Positions 28,559 through 35,701 of a DNA stretch of 64,000 bases are shown one piece after another. A program made the translations under genes and the position numbers. This DNA is from an uncultured Solirubrobacterales bacterium (GTDB lineage Bacteria; Actinomycetota; Thermoleophilia; Solirubrobacterales; 70-9): the NCBI GenBank assembly GCA_963717375.1, contig OY970329.1, forward strand, positions 2,748,426 to 2,812,425, given 5' to 3'. Numbering within the stretch: the first letter of the stretch is position 1; each line of letters starts with the position of its first letter. A model generated the notes under the pieces. That model worked only from the letters and a program-made list of their open reading frames with translations. It was not told the DNA's origin and did not search any database.

Positions 28559-29599
28559 GTGATGGGGCGCAAGACTCAAATAGTGATCGCTGCCGGCGTG
28601 GCAATCCTGGTTCTGTTCGCGCTCGGCGCCTTCGCCTACGACAGCTCGCAGAAGGACAAGATCGCCGACGGTGTGACAATCGGTGGCGTCGACGTCGGCG
28701 GCATGGACGAAGCCGAAGCGAAGCAGGAAGTGCGCCGTCAGCTGCTCGGTCCCTTGCGGCACCCGCTGCGGGTCGGCTATGACGGTCACAGCTGGGAGCT
28801 GCACGGCAAGAGCCTCAAAGTGCACGCGGAAATCGACGCCGCGGTCGAAAAAGCGCTCTCCGAAAGCCGCGACGGCGGCCTTCCCACTCGCTTGGTTCGC
28901 TACGTCACTGGCGGAGATCTCGAAAAGCAGATCGGCGCTGATGTCACCTACTCACAGCCGACAATCAACCGCTTCGTGCGCCGCGTCGCCCACGCGGTCG
29001 ACCGCGAAGCGCAGGACGCGACGATCGAACCAACCGCCGACTCGCTTGAAGTCGTGCCGGCAAAGAACGGTCGCAAGCTGCGCGACAAGCTGCTCACCCG
29101 CCAGCTCGAAGCGGCGGTGCTGAACGCCGACGCCGATCACGCGATCAAGGCGCGAACCCATTTCACTGAGCCGGAGGTGACGACGAAGGAAGTCGCCTCC
29201 GCCTACCCGTCTTACCTCACCCTCGACCGCTCCACCTTCACCCTGCGCCTCTGGAAGGATCTGAAGCTGGCGAAAACGTACACCGTCGCGGTCGGCCAGG
29301 AAGGGCTGGAAACCCCCGAAGGGCTCTACCACATCGAGGAAAAGCAGGAAAATCCCTCCTGGCACGTTCCCGATTCTGCCTGGGCCGGAGATCTCGCCGG
29401 TCAGGTCATTCCGCCCGGCCCTGCGGACCCGATCAAGGCGCGCTGGATGGCGATCTTCGAAGGCGCCGGTATCCACGGCACCGAAGAGACCGAATCGCTC
29501 GGCTCCGCTGCCTCGCACGGCTGCGTGCGGATGTCGATCCCCGACGTGATCGAACTGTACCCCCAGGTCGAAGTAGGAACTCCGATCTTCATCGGCTAG
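28559..29599 (+). CDS. L,D-transpeptidase (YkuD domain) with N-terminal membrane anchor
   Basis: N-terminal TM IVIAAGVAILVLFALGAFAY and a C-terminal catalytic motif SHGCVRM preceded by GIHGT. Confidence 0.8.
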   Translation: MMGRKTQIVIAAGVAILVLFALGAFAYDSSQKDKIADGVTIGGVDVGGMDEAEAKQEVRRQLLGPLRHPLRVGYDGHSWELHGKSLKVHAEIDAAVEKALSESRDGGLPTRLVRYVTGGDLEKQIGADVTYSQPTINRFVRRVAHAVDREAQDATIEPTADSLEVVPAKNGRKLRDKLLTRQLEAAVLNADADHAIKARTHFTEPEVTTKEVASAYPSYLTLDRSTFTLRLWKDLKLAKTYTVAVGQEGLETPEGLYHIEEKQENPSWHVPDSAWAGDLAGQVIPPGPADPIKARWMAIFEGAGIHGTEETESLGSAASHGCVRMSIPDVIELYPQVEVGTPIFIG

Positions 29600-29632
29600 A
29601 GGCTCCCGGCGCCGGGCGGCGAATTTGATCCA

Positions 29633-30514
29633 ATGACCTGGGCTGAATCGCTGACGGCTTACGACAGGGACTTGAGCGGCCGCGGCGCGGCCGAGCGGAC
29701 CCGCCGGGCCTATGCAGTTGATCTGGGCCAGTTCGTCACGTGGGCCGGGGATCGCAATCCCGGCGACCTGCGCCATCGCGACGTGCGGCGTTACGCCGCG
29801 GGGCTCTCCTCCGGCGGCGCGGCTCCGGCCACGGTCGCGCGCAAGCTGGCGGCGATCCGCGGACTCTTCGACTTCCTCGTCCGCACCGAGCGGCTCGGGC
29901 AGAACCCGGCCGATCTCGTCTCCAGTCCCAAGCGCGAGGAAAAGCTGCCGCAGGTGCTCAGCATGGAGCAGATGCGCTCGCTGCTCGAGGGGATACCGGC
30001 GCGGACACCGCTGGAGCTGCGCGACCGGGCGATGCTGGAGCTTGCCTACTCCTGCGGGTTGCGCTGCGAGGAGATCGTCAACCTCGACCTCGGCGCGCTC
30101 GACTACGAAAACGAGCAGCTGAGGGTCCTCGGCAAGGGGTCGAAGGAGCGCCTCCTGCCCGTCGGGGAGCCGGCCCGAAAGGCGCTGCAGAGCTACAGCG
30201 AGCGCGGTCGCCACGCGCTCGTCGCCGATCCGCGCGAGCAGGCCCTCTTCCTCTCCAAGAGCGGCCGCCGCCTCTCCAACTCCGACGTCACCCGCCGCCT
30301 CGGCCTCTGGGTGCGCGAGGCGGCGCTGAGCGCTGGCGTCTCGCCGCACTCGCTGCGCCACAGCTTCGCCACTCACCTGCTCGAGGGTGGGGCGGACCTG
30401 CGGGTGATCCAGGAGCTGCTCGGCCACGCATCGATATCGACCACGCAGGTTTACACTCGCGTCGACGCGGCACGCCTGCGCGATGCGTACGCTGCCACCC
30501 ACCCGCGTGCATGA
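29633..30514 (+). CDS. xerC: Tyrosine recombinase XerC/XerD
   Basis: C-terminal catalytic region HSLRHSFATHLLEGGADLRVIQELLGHASISTTQVYTRV. Follows the dprA region, as for housekeeping Xer. The XerC versus XerD assignment is not certain. Confidence 0.85.
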   Translation: MTWAESLTAYDRDLSGRGAAERTRRAYAVDLGQFVTWAGDRNPGDLRHRDVRRYAAGLSSGGAAPATVARKLAAIRGLFDFLVRTERLGQNPADLVSSPKREEKLPQVLSMEQMRSLLEGIPARTPLELRDRAMLELAYSCGLRCEEIVNLDLGALDYENEQLRVLGKGSKERLLPVGEPARKALQSYSERGRHALVADPREQALFLSKSGRRLSNSDVTRRLGLWVREAALSAGVSPHSLRHSFATHLLEGGADLRVIQELLGHASISTTQVYTRVDAARLRDAYAATHPRA

Positions 30515-30557
30515 GCCGCAATAACTTGTCAGCGACCATAGAATCGGGCCACAGGGC

Positions 30558-31331
30558 ATGGAAACCGGCGTAAAAGAGGTCGAGCTGCGCGATTTGTGGC
30601 GCCGCTACAAGGACGATGGAGACGCGAGCGCGCGCGAGCGGCTGGTCGTCGCCTACTCGCCGATGGTCAAGTTCGTCGCCGGCCGCCTCGGCGCCGGCCT
30701 GCCGTCCCACGTCGACGACGCTGACCTGATCTCTTACGGCCTGATGGGCCTGATCGGCGCGATCGAGCGCTTCGAGCCCGAGCGCGGGATCAAGTTCGAG
30801 ACCTTCGCGATGACCAGGATCCGCGGCGCAATCATCGACGAGCTGCGCTCGCTCGACTGGGTGCCGCGCTCGGTCCGCTCCCGCGCCCGCGAGATCGAGG
30901 CAGCGCAGGCCACCCTCGAGCACCAGTTGCAAAGGGCGCCGAGCGAGGCCGAGCTGGCGTCGAAGCTCGGCATCAGCGAGGACGAACTGCAGACCTCGCT
31001 GCTGGAGATCGCCAACTCCTCGGTCTACGCACTCGACGAGCTCTGGACCGTCTCGGATTCCTCTGGCGATCAGGTCTCGCTGCTCGACACGATTTCCGAC
31101 CCGCGTGCCGCCGACCCGCAGGAGTCGCTCGCCAGCAGCGAGGTCAAGGACCGCCTCACCGAGGCGATCGCCTCGCTGCCCGAGCGCGAGCAGCTCGTCG
31201 TCGCGCTCTACTACTACGAGAACCTCACCCTGCGTGAGATCGGCGAGGTGCTCGGCGTCACCGAGTCGCGCGTCTCGCAGCTGCACACCAAGGCCGTGAT
31301 GCGGTTGAAGTCCGGGCTGCAGCCCGCCTGA
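30558..31331 (+). CDS. whiG: FliA/WhiG-family RNA polymerase sigma factor
   Basis: Region 2 YGLMGLIGAIERFEPERGIKFETFAMTRIRGAIIDELR and region 4 LTLREIGEVLGVTESRVSQLHTKAVMRLK. Confidence 0.8.
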   Translation: METGVKEVELRDLWRRYKDDGDASARERLVVAYSPMVKFVAGRLGAGLPSHVDDADLISYGLMGLIGAIERFEPERGIKFETFAMTRIRGAIIDELRSLDWVPRSVRSRAREIEAAQATLEHQLQRAPSEAELASKLGISEDELQTSLLEIANSSVYALDELWTVSDSSGDQVSLLDTISDPRAADPQESLASSEVKDRLTEAIASLPEREQLVVALYYYENLTLREIGEVLGVTESRVSQLHTKAVMRLKSGLQPA

Positions 31332-31383
31332 CCCGTATTTCACCCCGATTGCAGGGTGCCGTTCGAGGTGTACCTTCGAATGT

Positions 31384-33447
31384 GTGCCGCATAGGGCCGC
31401 AGATCGGATTCGCAACGTCGCCCTGGTAGGGCACCGGGGTTGTGGCAAGACGAGCCTGCACGAGGCGATGCTGTTCGAGGCCGGTGCCGTCAGCCGGCTT
31501 GGCACGATCGCCGAGGGGACGACGGTCTCCGATCACGAGCCAGACGAGCAGGAGCGGGCGATGTCGATCAACGCGGCGCTCGCCTGCTTCGAGCACGGCG
31601 GCCGCGAGATCAACCTGATCGACACGCCCGGTGAGCCGAGTTTTGTCGCCGACGCGATCGCGGCGCTGCGCGTCGCCGACGCGGCGGTGGTCGTGGTCAA
31701 CGGAGTTGCCGGGGTCGAGGTCCACACCGAACGGCTCTGGCAGCGCGCCGACGCGGGTGGCCTGGCGCGGCTGGTCTTCGTCAACATGCTCGACCGCGAG
31801 CGCGCCGACTTCTTCCGCGCCCTCGACTCGCTCAAGGCCGCCTTCGGCCCGCACGTCGTCGCCACCGAGATCCCGATCGGCGCCGAAAGGGAGGTGAGCG
31901 GGGTGATCGACCTGATCGACCAGAAGGCGTTCGCCTATGAGGGAACCGGGCCGGGGGCGGCCGAGGAGGTGGAGATTCCGGCCGGGCAGCGCGCCCAGGC
32001 CGAGGAGTACCGCGAGAAGCTGATGGACGAGGTGGCGGAGAACTCCGACCAGCTGATGGAGCGCTACCTCGAGGGCGAGGAGATCGACCACGACGAGATC
32101 GTGCGGGTGCTGAAGCAGGGGGTTACCGCGGGCCGGATCTTCCCCGTCACCTGCGGCGTGGCGACGCGCAACCTTGGCACCGGGCGCCTGCTCGAGGCGC
32201 TGGTCGAGGACCTGCCCTCGCCGGCGATGCGCGGCGCGGTCGCGGCGAGCGGACCCGGCGGCGAGCCGATCGAAATCGAGCCCGACGAGGACGGGCCGCT
32301 GGTCGCCTACGTCTTCAAGACATTGGCCGATCCCTACACCGGGCGGGTCAATCTCTTCCGCGTCTATCGCGGCAGCCTCGGCTCGGACTCTCACGCCGTC
32401 AATGTCAGCCGCGGCCAGAAGGAGCGGATCGGCCAGCTCGGCCAGCCGCTCGGCGCCCAGCTCAAGCCGGCGACGGAGCTGGGCGCGGGGGACATCGGAG
32501 CCGTCGCCAAGCTGAAAGAGACCCGCGCTGGCGACGTGCTTTGCGCCGGGGAGGAGGAGGTCGCCTTTGCCCCGCTCGACCTGCCCAACCCGGTGATGGC
32601 GTTCGCCTACGAGCCGAAGTCGAAGGGGGACGAGGAGAAGGCCGCGGCGGCCGTGCGCCGCCTGACCGAGGAGGACCCGACCCTCGACGTGCACCGCGAC
32701 GCGCAGACCGGGGAGCAGATCATCGCCGGCCTGACCCAGATTCACGTCGAGGTGATCGTCGCCCGGATGAAGCGCCGCTTCGGGGTCGAGATCGAGCTGC
32801 ATCCGCCGCGCGTGCCTTACCAGGAGTCGATTCGCAGCTCCGCCGGTGCCCACGCCCGCTACAAGAAGCAGTCGGGCGGTCGCGGTCAGTTCGCCGATTG
32901 CCAGATCGAGATCGAGCCCGCCGAGGACGGCGTCGGCCTCGATTTCGTCAACCAGATCAAGGGCGCCTCGATTCCCGGCGGCTTCATCCCGGCGGTGGAG
33001 AAGGGGGTCGAAGAAGCGATGGCACACGGAACCGTCGCCGGCTACCCGGTCAAGGGAGTGCGGGTGCGGCTCGTCGACGGCAAGCACCACGACGTCGACT
33101 CCTCTGAGATGGCCTTCAAGATCGCCGGCGCGATGGCCTTCAAGGAGGCGATGGAAGCCGCCGACCCGGTGCTGCTGGAGCCGATCGTGCGACTCGTCGT
33201 CAGCTGCCCCGGCGATGTCGTCGGCGACGTGATCGGCGACCTCAACTCGCGCCGCGGCCACCCGCTGGGGATGGAACCGAAGGGCTCGCTGACCGAGGTG
33301 AGGGCCGAGGTGCCGATGGCCGAGGTGCTCGACTACACCCCCCACCTGCGCTCGATCAGCGGCGGCCGCGCTGACTTCGAGCTGGAGTTCGATCGCTACG
33401 AAGAGGTCCCCTCGCATCTGGCGGAGAAGGTCGTCACCGCCGCTTGA
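31384..33447 (+). CDS. Elongation factor G paralogue (EF-G-like)
   Basis: GTPase G1 variant GHRGCGKTSL, G3 DTPGEPSF and G4 NMLD, followed by EF-G domains II-V. 687 aa, with a GTG start. Confidence 0.85.
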   Translation: MPHRAADRIRNVALVGHRGCGKTSLHEAMLFEAGAVSRLGTIAEGTTVSDHEPDEQERAMSINAALACFEHGGREINLIDTPGEPSFVADAIAALRVADAAVVVVNGVAGVEVHTERLWQRADAGGLARLVFVNMLDRERADFFRALDSLKAAFGPHVVATEIPIGAEREVSGVIDLIDQKAFAYEGTGPGAAEEVEIPAGQRAQAEEYREKLMDEVAENSDQLMERYLEGEEIDHDEIVRVLKQGVTAGRIFPVTCGVATRNLGTGRLLEALVEDLPSPAMRGAVAASGPGGEPIEIEPDEDGPLVAYVFKTLADPYTGRVNLFRVYRGSLGSDSHAVNVSRGQKERIGQLGQPLGAQLKPATELGAGDIGAVAKLKETRAGDVLCAGEEEVAFAPLDLPNPVMAFAYEPKSKGDEEKAAAAVRRLTEEDPTLDVHRDAQTGEQIIAGLTQIHVEVIVARMKRRFGVEIELHPPRVPYQESIRSSAGAHARYKKQSGGRGQFADCQIEIEPAEDGVGLDFVNQIKGASIPGGFIPAVEKGVEEAMAHGTVAGYPVKGVRVRLVDGKHHDVDSSEMAFKIAGAMAFKEAMEAADPVLLEPIVRLVVSCPGDVVGDVIGDLNSRRGHPLGMEPKGSLTEVRAEVPMAEVLDYTPHLRSISGGRADFELEFDRYEEVPSHLAEKVVTAA

Positions 33448-33482
33448 TTCAGGCGGGCATGCCGATCATCTAAGTTGGGGCC

Positions 33483-34028
33483 GTGAGCCCCGACGAGAGC
33501 TGTGGAATCTGCGGCCGGACGATCCTGGCGGGGGAGAGGACGCGGACCTATATGAGCCCAAAGCAGGGGCCGCAAAAGGTTTGCGAGCTCTGCCGGGGGC
33601 GTGCGGAGCAGCTGGGCTGGGTCGATCCGGCGGCGCCTGGTGCCAACGTCGGCAAGCGCGAACCGGAGGCTCGTGAGGCTCCGCACAGTCGTCTCGAGCG
33701 CGCTGTCTCCCGCTTCAACGCGAGCGAGGCGTCGCGCACGGTGGCCGGGCTGATGCGGAGCCTGGGGGAGCCGTGGGTCTCGGTCGGCGCCTCCGCCGGC
33801 TCGCCCAGCGAGGTGCGGGTCACCGTCGCCTGGGAGCTCTCCTGGTACCAGTGGGGGGTCGACCTCGGCGACGAGCTTCGCCCCGTCTTCCAGATCGACA
33901 AGGGCAACGAGGTCGAGCAGCTGGACCGCTCGGCCCGCCAGTGGAACGCAAGCGCGATCGAGGGCGGACAGCTAGTCCTCGGTGCCCCGGCGGGCGGCCG
34001 CGAGCGCGACGGGGAACCGGTTGGCTGA
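33483..34028 (+). CDS. Hypothetical protein with N-terminal CxxC...CxxC zinc ribbon
   Basis: CGICGRT...CELCRGR in the first 40 aa. I do not recognise the remainder. Coding-like GC3 bias. Confidence 0.55.
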   Translation: MSPDESCGICGRTILAGERTRTYMSPKQGPQKVCELCRGRAEQLGWVDPAAPGANVGKREPEAREAPHSRLERAVSRFNASEASRTVAGLMRSLGEPWVSVGASAGSPSEVRVTVAWELSWYQWGVDLGDELRPVFQIDKGNEVEQLDRSARQWNASAIEGGQLVLGAPAGGRERDGEPVG

Positions 34029-34029
34029 G

Positions 34030-34431
34030 GTGCCCGAGAAGCTGGTCGTCAACGTCGACGGCGGCGCCCGCGGCAATCCCGGCCCGGCGGCGATCGCCGC
34101 CGTGGTTCAGGCTCCCGGCGGAGAGGTGCTCACCGAGCGTGGCGAGCGGATCGGCCGCGCGACCAACAACGTCGCCGAGTACAAGGCGCTGCTGCTCGGG
34201 ATCGAGCTGGCGGCGGCGCTGGGCACGCCGGAGCTGGAGTTGGTCGGTGACTCCGAGCTGATCGTCAAGCAGGTCAAAGGCGAGTACAAGGTCAAGGACG
34301 CGACCATGCGCGAGCTCCACACCGAGGTGAAGCGGGCCCTGCGCGATTTCGAGCGCTGGTCGATTCGCCACGTCCGCCGGGAGCACAACAAAGAGGCCGA
34401 CCGCCTCGTCAACGAGGCCCTCGATGGCTAA
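34030..34431 (+). CDS. rnhA: Ribonuclease HI
   Basis: LVVNVDGGARGNPGPAAIAAVV...NNVAEYKALLLGIELA...GDSELIVKQVKGEY...NKEADRLVNEAL. GTG 34030 lies immediately after the upstream stop codon. Confidence 0.8.
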   Translation: MPEKLVVNVDGGARGNPGPAAIAAVVQAPGGEVLTERGERIGRATNNVAEYKALLLGIELAAALGTPELELVGDSELIVKQVKGEYKVKDATMRELHTEVKRALRDFERWSIRHVRREHNKEADRLVNEALDG

Positions 34432-34915
34432 GCCGATCGATCCCGGCGTCGACATCGGCCACGTCCACCTCAAGGTGGCCGAGATCGAGCGCGCGCTGGA
34501 CTTCTACTGCGGCGTGCTCGGCTTCGAGCTGCAGCAGCGCTACGGCGACGAGGCGGCCTTCGTCTCCGCTGGTGGCTACCACCACCACATCGGCCTCAAC
34601 ACCTGGCAGTCGAAAGGCGGCTCACCGCCGGCGCCGGGCACGACCGGCCTCTTTCACTTCGCGATCCGCTACCCAAGTCGCGCTGCGCTCGCCGACGCGC
34701 TCCGCCGCCTGATCCGCGCCGAAGTCGGCATCACCGGCGCCTCCGACCACGGGGTCAGCGAGGCGCTCTATCTAAACGACCCCGACGGCAACGGGATCGA
34801 GCTCTACTGGGACCGGCCGCAGGGGGAGTGGCCGGCCCCGCAGCCGGGCCAGAAGGTCGAGATGTACACGCGGCCCTTGGACTTGGAGGGCCTGCTCGCC
34901 GAGCCGGAACTCTAG
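34424..34915 (+). CDS. VOC (glyoxalase/dioxygenase) family protein
   Basis: HVHLKVAEIERALDFYCGVLGF and GNGIELYWDRP, typical of vicinal oxygen chelate fold proteins. Confidence 0.75.
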   Translation: MAKPIDPGVDIGHVHLKVAEIERALDFYCGVLGFELQQRYGDEAAFVSAGGYHHHIGLNTWQSKGGSPPAPGTTGLFHFAIRYPSRAALADALRRLIRAEVGITGASDHGVSEALYLNDPDGNGIELYWDRPQGEWPAPQPGQKVEMYTRPLDLEGLLAEPEL

Positions 34916-35037
34916 GAGTGAATACCTGAATGGACGGCCGCCTGGCCAGGGGGAGCCGATGCCATGGCGACAGAGGGAGTGATCGCCAGGGCGAGGGGCG
35001 CCTCGAGAAACGAAACGAGGACTGCGAACTTGGTCAT
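34912..35037 (-). CDS. Candidate small ORF (41 aa) with signal-peptide-like N-terminus
   Basis: ATG preceded by GGAGGA with a 7-nt spacer. Translation is MTKFAVLVSFLEAPLALAITPSVAMASAPPGQAAVHSGIHS. It is below the ORF-track length cut-off and is not supported by homology. Confidence 0.25.
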   Translation of the reverse strand: MTKFAVLVSFLEAPLALAITPSVAMASAPPGQAAVHSGIHS

Positions 35038-35139
35038 TGCTTGATCCTCCAGTGGTCTCGTAGGCAAGGCGACCGTCCTCCAGGATGTGCCAACTCTACC
35101 AAATAGTAGGTAGCGCCTCCTAGGCTCCCTTTATAAGGC

Positions 35140-35145
35140 TAGAAT
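35140..35145 (+). promoter_or_regulatory. Possible -10 element (TAGAAT) for tRNA-Gly
   Basis: TAGAAT lies 10 nt upstream of the mature tRNA 5' end, in a locally AT-richer stretch (TTTATAAGGCTAGAAT). No convincing -35 element. Confidence 0.3.
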
Positions 35146-35155
35146 CCGCCCCCGT

Positions 35156-35229
35156 GCGGCTGTAGCTCAGCTGGCTAGAGCGTCTGCTTGCCATGCAGAA
35201 GGTCGAGGGTTCGAATCCCTTCAGCCGCT
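35156..35229 (+). tRNA. tRNA-Gly (anticodon GCC)
   Basis: Cloverleaf by hand: acceptor GCGGCTG/CAGCCGC, D arm GCTC-AGCTGGCTA-GAGC, anticodon stem TCTGC/GCAGA with loop TTGCCAT, T arm GAGGG-TTCGAAT-CCCTT. Discriminator is U. Carries the C2:G71 and G3:C70 Gly identity pairs. CCA is not encoded. Confidence 0.9.
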
Positions 35230-35235
35230 TCACTC

Positions 35236-35261
35236 GAAAGCCCGCTCTGGAGCGGGCTTTC
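35236..35261 (+). terminator. Hairpin terminator after tRNA-Gly
   Basis: GAAAGCCCGCTC / GAGCGGGCTTTC perfect inverted repeat followed by GTCGTT. Confidence 0.55.
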
Positions 35262-35481
35262 GTCGTTAAAGGGCACTTGGCTGGGATGCGGCGCCGTCCT
35301 TGCCGGAGTGATTGTTAGTCGCCTGGCGGAGGCGGCGATTGGCATCTCGGCCACGGTGGTCGTTTTCTGGGCCGGCCTGCTGTGGCGGTTCGAGCGCCGC
35401 GGTTGAGTTGCAGGCTGGTACGCGGTGCGATCAGCTCGATTCGCCTGGAAGCGGGAATTCGCGTGGCGTCGGCGAAGATTG

Positions 35482-35667
35482 ATGCGATATGCCGACCAGA
35501 GCGCAATCGAGTGGACTGAGGCGACCTGGAGCCCGGTGACCGGCTGCGACAAGGTTTCCCCAGGCTGTGCTCACTGCTATGCGGAGACGTTTGCCGAGCG
35601 GTGGCGAGCCGAGTCGGGCACTTCTGGCGAGAAGTGCCCGAAATCTTGGAGACCGGGTTCAAGATGA
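35482..35667 (+). pseudogene. Phage Gp37/Gp68-family (DUF5131) N-terminal remnant
   Basis: [41 protein letters not shown] matches the conserved N-terminus of this roughly 250-aa family. The reading frame then degenerates and stops. Confidence 0.5.
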
Positions 35668-35701
35668 CCTCCTCATGGGCGCGATACGGCGCTGGCGCCC
35701 G

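Noticed and set aside
29633-30514. XerC/D-type tyrosine recombinase as the integrase of the tRNA-Gly island.
   Set aside because: It lies 4.6 kb upstream of the tRNA and outside the repeat-bounded segment. It is in the housekeeping block downstream of dprA and has the typical Xer length and C-terminal motif. It is most simply the chromosomal dimer-resolution recombinase.
35188-35406. ORFs beginning inside tRNA-derived sequence (35188-35406, 49859-50242 and the tail of 51015-51434), which share peptide strings such as VVGSNPISRF.
   Set aside because: The shared peptide is simply the translation of the tRNA T-arm and acceptor repeat. These are artefacts of the att-like repeats, not a protein family.
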